Source: Octopus sinensis (taxonomy: Eukaryota). Taken from it: DNA of 64,000 nt. How positions within the stretch are numbered: the stretch's first letter is position 1; every line of letters starts with the position of its first letter. The stretch lies in the NCBI RefSeq assembly GCF_006345805.1, contig NW_021832231.1, positions 930,001-994,000 of the forward strand. The letters are read 5' to 3'. A model generated the notes under the pieces. It did no database searches. It worked only from the letters and a program-made list of their open reading frames with translations, and was not told the origin of the DNA. Shown piece after piece: positions 27,315-42,225 of this stretch. A program made the translations under genes and the position numbers.

Positions 27315-30000
<2,686 letters not shown>

Positions 30001-30037
30001 CGATAAATTAGTGAAATAAAACAGACTAATCTTTTAA

Positions 30038-30480
30038 TTAAATCAATTTTTCTAAAATTGTAATTGTCATTAACTGCATGCAGCCTGGAAAACCATCACA
30101 TTTACGTAGCGTCGGCATTAACGTGAAATATGGGAATGACTTTCCTTGATAAGAAGGGTTATTCTCAGGATAGGAATTTTTATAATAGTCAACGGAAATA
30201 TTCCTACCACTGTGCCGTTGACCATTTAGCCACGAAATGCTGAAGTATATTTTATTATGTTTACACATGGAGGCATTACGAGGTAGTGAAGTCGCTTAAT
30301 TTTTGCTTTTCAATATTTATGGCTTGATGTGCCCAGTATGTGAGAACGCAAAGTGTAGAGTAAGGTGGATACCCCAATAACACAGGGGTTATTTAAGGAA
30401 GTTGAGTGTAGAAAAGTCTCTGCAAGTTTATATGTGGTCGACTGTTCAGGAGAAGACTCTGGTGAGTATCTCGTTGGATG
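30038..30480 (-). other. possible small unidentified gene
   Basis: A ~40-nt GT-AG intron joins ...CVLTYWAHQAINIEKQKLSDFTTS to ISWLNGQRH...; no homology recognised. Confidence 0.3.
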
Positions 30481-30594
30481 CTTATTATTAATTAAATGAT
30501 AGTAAAATTAATAAAATTAAAAAGTATGTTCATAAATGTATTTTTGAATAACTTGAAAATAAAATATATTAGTTTGGTACATATTTTAGAAAGA

Positions 30595-31716
30595 ATGTTG
30601 AGTGAAGTAAAGGTTTTTAGCGGATCGTCTTGCAAGGATTTATCAGAAAAAATATGCAAAGAACTTAATGTAAAACTTGGAGATGTGCAATTATTCAAAA
30701 AGAAAAACGGAGAGACATTGTTGTCCCATTCATTAATTAAACTTTTAAAGTGTTCAAATAAACGATTTTATCCGAGAAAAACATGTTTATATTATTCAAT
30801 CCGGGGCTGGAGACATCAACGACAACGTTGTCGAACTCTTGCAGTTGATTTACGCTTCGAAATTGGCTTCTGCGAAAAAAGTTACGGCCGTAATCCCATT
30901 TTTTCCGTATAGCTGCCCCGAAAATGACGAAAATGTACTTTTATCAGCTTTATTGTCAGATTCGCCCTAAATTGAACTCGAAACTGATCGCTATGCTGAT
31001 CACTGCCTCTGGTGCTGATCACGTGATCACAATGGACCTTCATTTTTCTCAAATTCAGGCAGTTCTAGGCCAGTTTATTCTATTAGGGGTTTTTTGACAT
31101 TCCTCTGGACAACATTTACCCGGAACCCTGTTTTCTTGAGTATATTCGAAACAATTTTGAACTCAATGATTTAGTTTTAATATCCCCGGACATTAGTGGG
31201 ACCAAAAGGTAATATAAAGTGAGTGTTTTCAGGGTTTCCGCTTATGCCGACAATCTAAACCTTAAGTTTGTGATAACCCACAAGGACAAACTCAAGGCAA
31301 ATGAGGAAAAGTCAATTATTTTGGTCGGAAATGTCGTTGACAAAATAGCCCTGATTATCGATGATGTCGTCGATTCTGCAACCACACTTGTTTTGGCTTC
31401 CAAAAAGTTTAATACGAGATATTTAAATCAGACTCATGGAAGAAGGGGCTCGGTCTGTCTTTGCTTGTGTCACTCACGGGATTTTAACAGGGTCGGCGGT
31501 TGAACAAATTGAAGATTCGCTAATTCAACAAGTTGTTCTGACTGATACGGTCGAACAAAAATCTCCCGCTGTGTTGAATAGTACTAAAATTAAGGTCATC
31601 GTGTGATTATTATTTCTAGATTTTGACCGTTAGCCATGAGTTTGCCAAAGCAATCAAGCACACTATGTATTAGCAGTTTATCTGATTATTTCAGTTTGGT
31701 TTCCATTCTTAATTAA
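30595..31716 (+). CDS. PRPS: ribose-phosphate pyrophosphokinase family protein, divergent
   Basis: [68 protein letters not shown]; microintrons throughout; 3' end approximate. Confidence 0.9.
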
Positions 31717-32129
31717 ATGAGTGTGTATGTTTAATATCTAGTAGGTTTGTATTCGATACGACGTGTATATATAGGCAGAGTGACTAAATGTAGGCAAACG
31801 GTGAATACGATTTGAATGTGGGAGATCAAATATTCACAATCGTAAAATATCAATGAAAAAAGTTTAGCAAAAGTCTAAATTTAATGTCAGATCACGAACG
31901 GGTTTACATAATGCATTTACATAATCTATTTTACAAAGAAAATCAATGAAATGCTGGCTGTACCAGAGAATATTTATAGCAATCTTGCGAGGTAACTCGT
32001 TTGCTATTCGCAGTGCAGAATTGGCGAATCACAATCGTTGATATAGCTTTCTCTAACAATTATTGATCGTATTTCAATTTAATGAAATTTTTTATAAATA
32101 ATGTTAATTATTTTTAATCTTCCTTTTCC

Positions 32130-32640
32130 GCAAAATCTGAACACATAGCGTTCTTCCCTTTTGTAACAAATCTAATTTTAACGATTCAGTGTTACTTTGA
32201 CCAGATTATTTGATAAAAATAATTCTTCTTATTGGCATAAACACTCTCAAATTTTTTAATCTTAGACCATGATTTTTGCCCTCCCTCTATGTATTTGTCA
32301 GATTTTTAATTTTCCTATAATTGTTCAATCATTGAGTTTTTAAACTCCAATCTGTCATCCGACTGCAATATTTTACATGGTCTATGCTTGTAAAATATTT
32401 TCTTTCAATTCTTACAGACTTCACTGCAGATTTGTTTCTAGTTTGGGGACAATGGCGGATCTAGTTTTAATTCCGAGGAACAAACCTGCTATATACATGA
32501 ATAATGATCAAAAATAATTTTTGGAAAGATTTATATTTCTAGCTTTCCCGTTCAATCAAATCAGTGTGATATCTTTCATTTGGAATAAAAGCAGTCTTTA
32601 AGAAATTTAAACTTCTAGTAGAATTGAGAATCTGCACATA
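32130..32640 (-). mobile_element. degenerate retroviral-like DDE integrase remnant
   Basis: Frameshifted YHTDLIE, FLIIIHVYSRF, KILQSDDRLEF resemble the integrase core. Confidence 0.45.
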
Positions 32641-32909
32641 AGAAAATTTGTTATCACTTTTACGATGATACGACTTTTGATTCTTAAGTAATAACGACTG
32701 TATAAATGCTGAATCTTGTTGATTTCTTTATGAGCCATTTAATGAACCGAAGATACAATTAGTCTCATTTCTGGCTCATTTGTCTGAGTGTGAGATAATA
32801 CAGTGCCACCTTCATTTGAGGTGGACATTCTCATTAGGGCACATTTATCTTTGAGGCACTACCAGGTTTTGGGGCATTTTGAAAATTAGGTCATTTTTAT
32901 ATACAGTAA

Positions 32910-35096
32910 CTAGCTCGGCAGCTCGCTTCGCTCACCGCGACCTAGCTCCTCCTGGAGGGCATGTTTTCATCAAACAACTATAAGTTTATGTAGATGTATA
33001 AAACTACCTGGTTTAATGTAACCCTATTCTATCGCCTGTTGATAAACGATGTTTGTCGTCCGTCCTTCCGTGGCATATATGAATAAATTTTCTCTTCTGC
33101 CTACCCTCGAGCATCCCACATACAGCTTCCATGTGAAAAGCACTCACTCTCTAAAAATAACCCAACTACCTTTAATGACTGTCCCTGGGCCTTGTTTATT
33201 GTCATTGCAAAACTCATCCTCAAAGGAAATGCAGCCTTTTAAATCTAAATTGGTAATTCATCAGAAATTATCGGAATTCGTGGAATATAAACATCCTCAC
33301 CTCTCTATACTTACCTGTTATATCGTCGCCTCTATTACGTTAGGCATCAAATTTTTGAGAACTAACCCCGTTCCGTTGCATAATTTAGGTGGCGCAAGAT
33401 TTCGTAATAAAACCACTGGAACGCCTATCTTTAACTTTAAAAGATGATTCGGCATTCCAGAGGGATCTAGGAGTTTAAAAATTCAATCCGGTTGAATTTT
33501 TAGAAAATAACAAAAAAATAAAGAAAAACAAATAAAAATAAATAATTTAAAAACAAAAAAATAAAAAAAAACAAAAAAAAAACTTTAAAAATTTGTAAAA
33601 TAGTATAAACAAACAAAATCTCTGCCGCCACGGCAACAACCAGTCTAATTTTTTAACAGCCAATTAAGATAATGCTTAAGAGCCTTTATAGTACGGAGAT
33701 TTAGCTTAGTGACCTTGATTAGACAAACCACTGGCGGAAATGGGGCAGCCGGAGATGCGGCAGGCAGATTAGCAGCAGCCAAAAAAGCGACACACAAAAA
33801 GATTTAATTAATTACCTTAAGCTGACCGTTTTTTCTTCAGCTTCGTTTTCCTCCTTCGGTTATCTATTTAAAAAATTATTTTTCAATAATAAAAAGTTTA
33901 GGAAAAGAGGCATACCGAAAATAAATTCTATCTTTACGAAAAACTTAACTAAATAGTTAATATTTTTACGCAACTTCTTCTGATTGCGCTGTCAATTGGT
34001 GGTAAATTGTGTTAATGATTGTGCTAATGTGGTTTAACTATCAAAGTGTTTTTCAAAATCTGTTAATTGCACACTCTATTCAAGGTCGTGCAATCTGTAA
34101 TTGCACATTCTGTCAAAGTCAAATATGATAATAGCTTTAATTTTGATTCATGGTCGATAATGATATATGCATTTAATTTTAAAGAGAAAATCATAGGATG
34201 AATTGAATTTCTTTATCGGGAATAATTGGGAGTTCATCATTGTTAATTTCTCGCTGTCGTTTTCATCAAGGATATTCTTAATACGTTAGATTTTTGCCTC
34301 GAAGGTTTTAATGGACCTCATCATGAATGTCGAGGACATCGTAGTTGTTCATTTTAACCAAAATGCAGAAAATTTTTTTTTAATTTTTTTTTGGGGGAGA
34401 AGGTTTTAAAAACTTCATCATGTAAGTCGAGGACATCGTAGTTGTTCATTTTAACCAAAATGCAGAAAACTTTTTTTTTAATTTTTTTTTGGGGGGAAGG
34501 TTTTAAGGACTTCATCATGTAAGTCGAGGACATTGTAGTTGTTCATTTTAATTAAAATGCAGAAAATTTTTTTTTAATTTTTTTTTGGGGGGAAGGTTTT
34601 AAGGACTTCATCATGTAAGTCGAGGACATCGTATTTGTTCATTTAACCAAAATGCAGAAAACTTTTTTTTTAATTTTTTTTTGGGGGGAAGGTTTTAAGG
34701 ACTTCATCATGTAAGTCGAGGACATTGTAGTTGTTCATTTTAATTAAAATGCAGAAAATTTTTTTTTAATTTTTTTTTGGGGGGAAGGTTTTAAGGACTT
34801 CATCATGTAAGTCGAGGACATTGTAGTTGTTCATTTTAACCAAAATGCAGAAAATTTTTTTTTAATTTTTTTTTGGGGGGAAGGTTTTAAGGACTTCATC
34901 ATGTAAGTCGAGGACATTGTAGTTGTTCATTTTAACCAAAATGCAGAAAATTTTTTTTTAATTTTTTTTGGGGGGAAGGTTTTAAGGACCTCATCATGTA
35001 AGTCGAGGACATCGTATTGCCAATTTGAAGTTGGTGTGCACACACAGACAGACAGACAGACAGACAGACACACACCATACCATTTTATTATTAAGA
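32910..35096 (-). mobile_element. non-autonomous Helitron, copy 1
   Basis: 5' TC at 35096, 3' hairpin plus CTAG at 32910-32913, inserted at A|T; PIF1-like helicase remnant LLRNLAPPKLCNGT...[13 protein letters not shown]...[12 protein letters not shown]; (GACA)n near the 5' end. Confidence 0.9.
34311..35030. repeat. ~96-bp minisatellite, 8 units, inside Helitron copy 1
   Basis: Eight gtcgaggac cores; unit aaggacttcatcatgtaagtcgaggacattgtagttgttcattttaaccaaaatgcagaaaa(t)n aa(t)n(g)n aaggtttt. Confidence 0.95.
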
Positions 35097-35542
35097 TTTC
35101 CAAACTTGAAAATCTGAATGGGAACTAAATTAAGGTGGAAATAATTAATTTCACAAAATTTTTTTAGTTTTACAAGAGCTATGAGTTTAGAATTGGACTT
35201 TACGAATTGGTGAAATACCTGACACAAGACTTTTAAATTTAGTTTCTGAGAGGAAATATATTTTATGAATTTAAAAGCTTAGTTTATAAGCCTTTTTGAC
35301 CACCTAAAAGACTGTTTATTCTTACTTAAATGTTATATCATTTTGTACTTAAATACATTGTATTAAACTCTCCCAGGAAATACACACCAATTCTTTCAAC
35401 TGAGTCACTTTGTGTGTTATAGATAATTTATCAAAATCCTATCTCTGTGGTTACATTAAGTTAATATTATTTAGTTAATAATTGATATTTCTTTTTAATA
35501 AATAAATAAAATGTTGTATCAGCCTTGTTGACAAATTCGCTA

Positions 35543-35953
35543 ATGGATTCACTTAATTCGAGTATTGGGAACTCTGCAAATTTATTTCAAGGTTTTTAAA
35601 AATTTTAAATGTGTAGATGCTGTGATAACATTGACCAAAGACCAAATTTCCTGTCTTGAAGAGAACGGAGATCTCACGTTAAAATACTCTGAACAAATTC
35701 CATCTGAGAAATGGGGGTCAATCCCAGAGGATGGTCAGATAGACAATATCCTTCCTGTGAATCCTCGTCAATATCACCGAATAATGGCGAGGAGGTTAGC
35801 TCGGATCAAATCAATCAATGAAGGCAGATTAAGTATTGATAGGGAAAAGGTGACGTTTCATTTATAGTTTTCTAGAAATATCTACACGAGTCGAGGCACC
35901 AGCATGCACTCAATAGGAAACGATCTGCTGGGGGGAATTTTCTTCCTCGGTGA
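35543..35953 (+). CDS. NFYA: nuclear factor Y subunit alpha, minimal form, 3 exons
   Basis: PVNPRQYHRIMARRLAR...KKYLHESRHQHALNRKRSAGGNF after removing ~25-26 nt introns. Confidence 0.92.
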
Positions 35954-35999
35954 TACTTTTTATTCTTAAACCAATTTTTTAAATTATTTCTGTCTATTA

Positions 36000-37260
36000 T
36001 ATTTCTTTTATACCTTCATTACACTTTCGAGGTAAACAAATTGCTGTCTCTCTAAAAATCAAATTCTATAACATGTTTATAAAACCAGTCTTATGATATA
36101 AGTCCTCTACCTGGTCATTCACAATGCATGAATTTCATTTCCTCTATCCTCGATTAATTAACAGTCTTTACTTAAATAAAGTGTGTTTCCTGTCAATGCG
36201 GGTCTATAAAGTACTATGGCTCTCTTGTAGTAAACCATGTGGGCAAGAGAGGACAATATAAAGAAAAAAGAATAACTTACCAAATTCAACTTCTCAAATT
36301 TCAAAGAACAGTCTACTGTATTAAGGTTAATGTATTTTTAGCTACTATAACTCATTAATAATCTTACATATCGAAGTGGCCATTATTTTATGAATTTATC
36401 GTCATTCTTCTCTTAGCGATTTAATCGAGGATTTCTCAACCAATTACTCATCTTCCTTGAGCCGGTGATCAAACCTAGGTCTTCCTGAAACAAAAAGAAA
36501 TGTCTTTTCTGTGATGTTTTGATGAGAATGAAATATTATTTTCTTGATTACTACAAAAGTATCCCATCCATTTCGGACTTTGTGGAAGCAAAAATATAAA
36601 ATAATAAGTGCAGGTTTCAATTAATGTAGATGTAATTGTTAGTATTAAAAATTGATCATTCTCTTTAAATTCGTAATATGCATGCAATGATTATCTTAAT
36701 TCCTTATTTAATAGTTAGTGCACAGAAGATGTGAATTAAACATGCTTTAATTTATCTAAATTAAAAAAATTTTAATATTGTGCTTTAAACACAAATTTAA
36801 ACATTCTAGAGGAAATTCTATGACGACAACTATTAAAATTATTAAAATCGAAATGTTTTGTTATTAAAAATTTAGTTTCCAAGGTACAAAAAACAAAGAA
36901 TATTCAGTTAAGCTGTATTTTGACAAATCAATAAAGCAAACAAAATGCCCTTTTTGAAATAACAATTATTTAGATTAATGTAATATTAGTTATTTAGTAT
37001 ACATTACGAAGTTGTAAGAGACTCACTTTTGGCCGAAAATTCAATTTTTTCATCGTCAGTGCTCATTCTTGGCGAGACTTGAACTAAAAGAATTAGCGAT
37101 TTTTTAACTTGTCGGAGGTTTGGAATCTATTTAAATACTTTAAAAATATTACTTTCTAGGATTTGATTTGTGGATTCTACTTTATTTTCATCATTTGGGT
37201 TCTTTTAAATTAGAAACATGTCAATATTAACCGAATTTGTATTGTCTTTGGACGACATTT
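36000..37260 (-). other. possible membrane-protein gene, weak MFS/SLC22-like motif
   Basis: YYFIFLLPQSPKWM resembles PESPRWL; candidate ATG (MSSKDNTNS) ~37255 with microintron-like segments; model not resolved. Confidence 0.25.
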
Positions 37261-38451
37261 TAAAACACCCATTCCCCATTTTTAGCAAAAAATTATATTT
37301 ATTTTATTCAAAATAGATTTACCAAAATATAATCATATTAAATAAAGATAATATAATAAAACTCTAGAAGTTTGATCCTAATCAACTTATCCAAATTCAC
37401 ATATCCTGTACCTGAAACCCTTTATGGTATTTTAAAATAGTTTGTTTGGGACAAGGAAAACACTTTATTCGTGAAAACATGAGATAGGGGAGTTAATTGC
37501 ACACAAGGTCTAAGTGCCTCATCAGGACAGTGCTTATTGTTCCGTATTTGATTAAAGTTATGTTTACTTTAAAAATTACCGAAAATACTTCTTCAATTAT
37601 CAACTAGAGTTTTCATATTGTTCGTCATTGTTTGACGGTTTTAACGTATCCTGGTGAGTAAGTAAAAATTATTAGTACTAATCCAAATAGTCGAGATATA
37701 ATAGAAAATAATTTTTTGTAACAAAATTTCGCTTTACAGTTCATTTGATTAATAGAATATGAGTGATGAAAATATTTTGCTGGCATGAAAATTTTATAGG
37801 AAACAGGATATAATATAAACCAGTGATTCCTAACCTTAAGATGTTTGCGGAACTCTTTTAGGTTAATTTTATCTACGAAATCCTTCCAGCTAAATAATTA
37901 AAATTTTCATTTATAACAAAATTATTATAACCAAAAAGAACATTGAGGTAATTTTTATCATAGCATATTTGTATGTTATGAATTATTGTTGACAAGTGTA
38001 TCTTTATTTTAGCTGAAGCATTAAGTTTATTTCTATATTTTTTTTGTTGCAGTATATATTGAAGAATCTGACTCGCATAAGTAATTCGATGGGAAAGGTA
38101 ATAGTGGATGTATGCTATCCAAAATTTAATAAAGCATTCCTCTTTATAAATCTGTTTTGAATTGTACATTTTATGTCAAACCAAACAGATTTTCATATTC
38201 AAATGATGTTGCATTTGCTGATATTATGTCGCGAGCGCAGCGAGCGACCGAGCGCAGCGAGCGACCACTCAATTTCTAGATCCGATCAATCAAAAAATCT
38301 ATAAATTGACAAATACCCAGGAATAGGAATAGGAATAGGAAGTTTTATTGGAAACAGAGAAGGGTTAAAGGTTAGGGGGGAGTTTGTATAATGAAACAAT
38401 AGGACTACCCTATCGACTTCTTCCCAGAAAAAAAAAGAGACCCCCTCAAGT

Positions 38452-38484
<33 letters not shown>

Positions 38485-38489
38485 CTTTT

Positions 38490-41120
38490 CTACCTCTGCA
38501 GGTACGTCCCAGTGACAATTGAGTTGGATTTATAACCACTTATAGCTTTTTCGACAGTTTCACCGACCATGGAGGATTTACTTTCAAGCCACAGGGGGAT
38601 TGGATCTTCAACTTTTTGGTGGTAAGCAAGCTTCAAAGCGAGCCTGCGAGACTTTTCAAATTTAGTTAAGATGGTGTCCTTCTTTTTAGAGAAGTACCAT
38701 CCCTCTTTTCCGTATAGTAGTCCCGGTAGGATCACCGTATTGAAAACGTAGAGGAAAGTATCAGGCTCCAAATTTAACTTCCTCAGGCAGAACAGAGCAT
38801 TAGTTGCTTTCCTTTTACTTAATTTTGCGTTTTCGAGATAGTTTCCCTTTTCATCGATGAACAAGCCAAGATATTTAATTGAGTTTTGTCGAGGTATGTT
38901 CTTGATCAGGCACGGTAAATTTATTAAATTTCTGCTTTCTGTGATTCTCAGTAATGCGGACTTCTCACGCGCAATAATGAACATATTTTCATCGCACCAT
39001 TGCTCCACTGTATTCATATATGATATAATCCTTTGTTCGGATAAGGCAGGTTTCGATGAAATGTCAAGGATTACAACATCATCGGCGTATATCAAAATTT
39101 CCGTCCGTGTGTTGACAGGAGACGGCAGATTGCTCATCACAATGTTGAATAATAGAGGACTGAGGACTGATCCTTGAGGGACGCCTCTTTTAAGTTTCAG
39201 TTCATCCGAGTCATAGTTCAGAAAGCTTATCACAGAGCGCCTGTCGCGGAGGAAGTCTTTTAGCCATAGGAATAGTCCTTTGTCTATGTGACACTTCGCC
39301 AGATGTCTAAGGAGACCGAGGTGCCAAACCATATCAAAGGCTTTTGAGATGTCTAGAGACACAATTGTCAGACACTCTTTGAAATCCAGAGCCTTTACAA
39401 TCGACGAATTGAGTGTATAAAGACAGTCAGCACAGGAACGACCCCTCCGAAAGCCCCACTGCACGTCTTTGAGATAACCATTTCTCTCGACGTGTTCAGA
39501 GAGTCGTTCAAACATTACCCTTTCCATTATTCGACTGATGGTAGGAATTAGGCTTATAGGCCTATAACTTGTCGCCAAATAACCAGGTTTTCCAGGCTTC
39601 CGTATCATCCTTACCTCCGTCAGTTTCCATGAAGAAGGGACGTATCCCAAGCTCACACTGCGGGAGAAGAGACATCCCAAATATTCGTAAAGTTGCTTGG
39701 GAGCTTCTTTGAACATGCGCATGGTTATCTTGTCCTTTCCCGGAGCGTTATTTTTGGAGTATCTAACTGCATTTTCCACGTCTTTGCACGTTATAGATTC
39801 CGAGCACATTGGTAATGAGCTAAGATTGTCTTCCAACTCTTTTTCCATATCAAACAAAGCTGAATCAGATAGATTTGTATCCGGATTGACTTCTTGTATT
39901 CTTTTGAGACTATCAGCAAATATGTTCGGGATTTCTTCATGAGATGCAGGGGATCCATCTTGTTTTAGCAGTTTAGGTATAGTTTTCTCAGACGTCGAGG
40001 TTAATTTCGAGTAGACCTTCCAAAAATTTGGACTTCCTTTATGTAGCTTTTTGCACTCAGTATTCCATTTTTTATCCTTCGCCACCTTCGCCGATTTTCT
40101 TATTTCTTCCGTAATGGTGAAGATTTCACTTTCCAAAACGGACCGGTCACGAAAATCTGCGCAGCGCCGGAGTTTGTTCCTTAGACATTGTTTTTTCCTT
40201 AGTAGGATTTCAACATTCATGTTTGGCATGTGAGTTTTCCTATTGTTTGAGACGATTTTTGTAGAATATGTTTCCAGATAAGACTTTATGTATCCAATAA
40301 GGGAATTGCTAGACTTCTCGAGGTCCTCAGATGAAGAATTTTCGTCAAGTTTAGGAGCGAAATTGCTCAGATAAAGTGTAAAACATTTTCGGTAGTGTTC
40401 CCAGTTTATAGTCGAGAGGTTATATCGTATAAAAGTTGGTTTACCCTTTAAAGGTCCAAGGTTGAGTTTGTATAAAATTGGTAGATGGTCACTTCCAATA
40501 TCATTTAAGGTGTACGGTTGTTCCATAAATTGAAGAGTAGACATAGAGACCAATGCTACGCCCAAATAGTCCCACCCTCCTGGTGAGTAATGATTTGGGG
40601 TTTTTGATGTGATGACCGAGAAACTGAGAGATTCTGAAAGCTTCTTAAGAATGATGCCATCCCTGTTGGTTCTCAGACAGCCAAAAGATGTGCATTTGGC
40701 ATTTAGATCCCCGAGGAGTATTGACAAATGATTGTGTTTATCGGCAAAAAAGTCCTTGATAAGCGATGAGTAATTGGAAAGGGATTTTGAGTACATCCCT
40801 CCGATTGTTACCCACCCTTTTTCCAGAAGGACGTCGATTGTGAGGAATTCACACAATTCCTCGGACACAATTTTTAGATTTTTCACCCTTAGAGTTGATT
40901 TGTAGTAGATAGAAGTGCCTGTTCCAGCGATCGAGCCCGGCTTCCACTTAATATCAAGGGAACGATAGCCATCCAAGTAGTAATCATCATGTTTTTTGAT
41001 TTTTGTTTCGTTTACGATCAAAAGGTCCACGGGGTTATGGGATAACATATCCTCAATCTCTGAACGCCTTCTCTTTAGAGAACGTGCGTTCACAGCGATA
41101 ATAGACAGAAAGGGGCTCAC
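38490..41120 (-). CDS. LINE ORF2: APE endonuclease plus reverse transcriptase, open for 876 aa
   Basis: VNARSL, NETK, LGDLNAK, SDHLPI; YRPISL, QWGFRRGRS, LDISKAFD, GVPQGSVLSPLLF, YADD, KYLG. Confidence 0.95.
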   Translation of the reverse strand: MSPFLSIIAVNARSLKRRRSEIEDMLSHNPVDLLIVNETKIKKHDDYYLDGYRSLDIKWKPGSIAGTGTSIYYKSTLRVKNLKIVSEELCEFLTIDVLLEKGWVTIGGMYSKSLSNYSSLIKDFFADKHNHLSILLGDLNAKCTSFGCLRTNRDGIILKKLSESLSFSVITSKTPNHYSPGGWDYLGVALVSMSTLQFMEQPYTLNDIGSDHLPILYKLNLGPLKGKPTFIRYNLSTINWEHYRKCFTLYLSNFAPKLDENSSSEDLEKSSNSLIGYIKSYLETYSTKIVSNNRKTHMPNMNVEILLRKKQCLRNKLRRCADFRDRSVLESEIFTITEEIRKSAKVAKDKKWNTECKKLHKGSPNFWKVYSKLTSTSEKTIPKLLKQDGSPASHEEIPNIFADSLKRIQEVNPDTNLSDSALFDMEKELEDNLSSLPMCSESITCKDVENAVRYSKNNAPGKDKITMRMFKEAPKQLYEYLGCLFSRSVSLGYVPSSWKLTEVRMIRKPGKPGYLATSYRPISLIPTISRIMERVMFERLSEHVERNGYLKDVQWGFRRGRSCADCLYTLNSSIVKALDFKECLTIVSLDISKAFDMVWHLGLLRHLAKCHIDKGLFLWLKDFLRDRRSVISFLNYDSDELKLKRGVPQGSVLSPLLFNIVMSNLPSPVNTRTEILIYADDVVILDISSKPALSEQRIISYMNTVEQWCDENMFIIAREKSALLRITESRNLINLPCLIKNIPRQNSIKYLGLFIDEKGNYLENAKLSKRKATNALFCLRKLNLEPDTFLYVFNTVILPGLLYGKEGWYFSKKKDTILTKFEKSRRLALKLAYHQKVEDPIPLWLESKSSMVGETVEKAISGYKSNSIVTGTYLQR

Positions 41121-42225
41121 GCCTGATCAATCCTTTCCCTTCCAAGAGAAAGGGACAACAGATTGTTGATATCGAGGCCTTTTTCATCGCATATAGCGAT
41201 TATTTTGCGAATCATAGAGGTAAGCTCAACGTCGATAGTTGGTGCTTTCCTCTTAAAGCGGGTTGGAGGCTCTGTGTGTTGTGTATTGGGAGGCAAAGTT
41301 GCGTCTTCACTAACATCTGTTTGCGTTGAGGAGTCAAAACAGCGGGAAATTGTGGGTTTTCGCCATACAGATTCAACGGCCTCCGCTTTTGACCATACAG
41401 TTTTTGAGTGTTCTGCTTTGGCCAGTCTGTCCCTGGCACTGAGCTGCTTTTTTAGTTGTTCAGTGGCTGCCTTAGCTGAAGAGCAGCCACCGTAGCAAGC
41501 CAAATGCCCACTCAGACCGCAGTTTATACATTTTTTCTCAGTTTTTCCTTTAATCGGGCACATTTTCATATTATGATCACCACCACAGAAAAGACATCTT
41601 TCCACTTCTTTGCAGAAGTTAGCAATGTGACCAAATTGTTGGCAGCGAAAGCATCTTGTTGCTGGGTTTTTAAACCATTCGCATCGTATTTTTTGAAATC
41701 CCACTTCGATTCCCATCCTTACAAGCGAAGTGGCTTCTGCCCTCGAATTCAGACTCAACTTTCCAACAGGTATACTCCGTCCATTTTTGTAGAACCGTTG
41801 AAAGTAAAACCGGGGTTGAGAATTTCTTTGAGGTAAAGATCCAGGTCTTCCTCGGAGACCCAAGATGGTATTCCCTTCAAGACTACGGTCGATGGTTGCA
41901 GACTGCACGCAGAAATATAATGGCCGTCCTGGCCAAATGGTTTGTTATACTCGAAGTCATTCACAAACGAGTCCCTATCACTAGAATTTGAGAATTCGAG
42001 GGTAAAGTCCCCAGACTTCCTGGCAGTAATTCGGGCCTTCTGTGCAGTCTCGGATTTGGTTAGAATATTAAAGGACTTTATTCGTCCAATCGCATAATTT
42101 TTTATCTGCAGCGAGAGGACAAGAGACTCAGTACAGTTTGGATTGTTCAAAGAGACTTGAGAGGAGTGTGACCCCTCCTCATCTTTGATACAGATTTCAT
42201 CTTTGCGTTCAAGCTCTTGAGACAA
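41117..42225 (-). CDS. LINE ORF1 (gag-like), one frameshift near 41815
   Basis: CFRCQQFGHIANFC, CLFCGGDHNMKMC, CINCGLSGHLAC; two overlapping ORFs switch frame at a C4 run. Confidence 0.85.
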
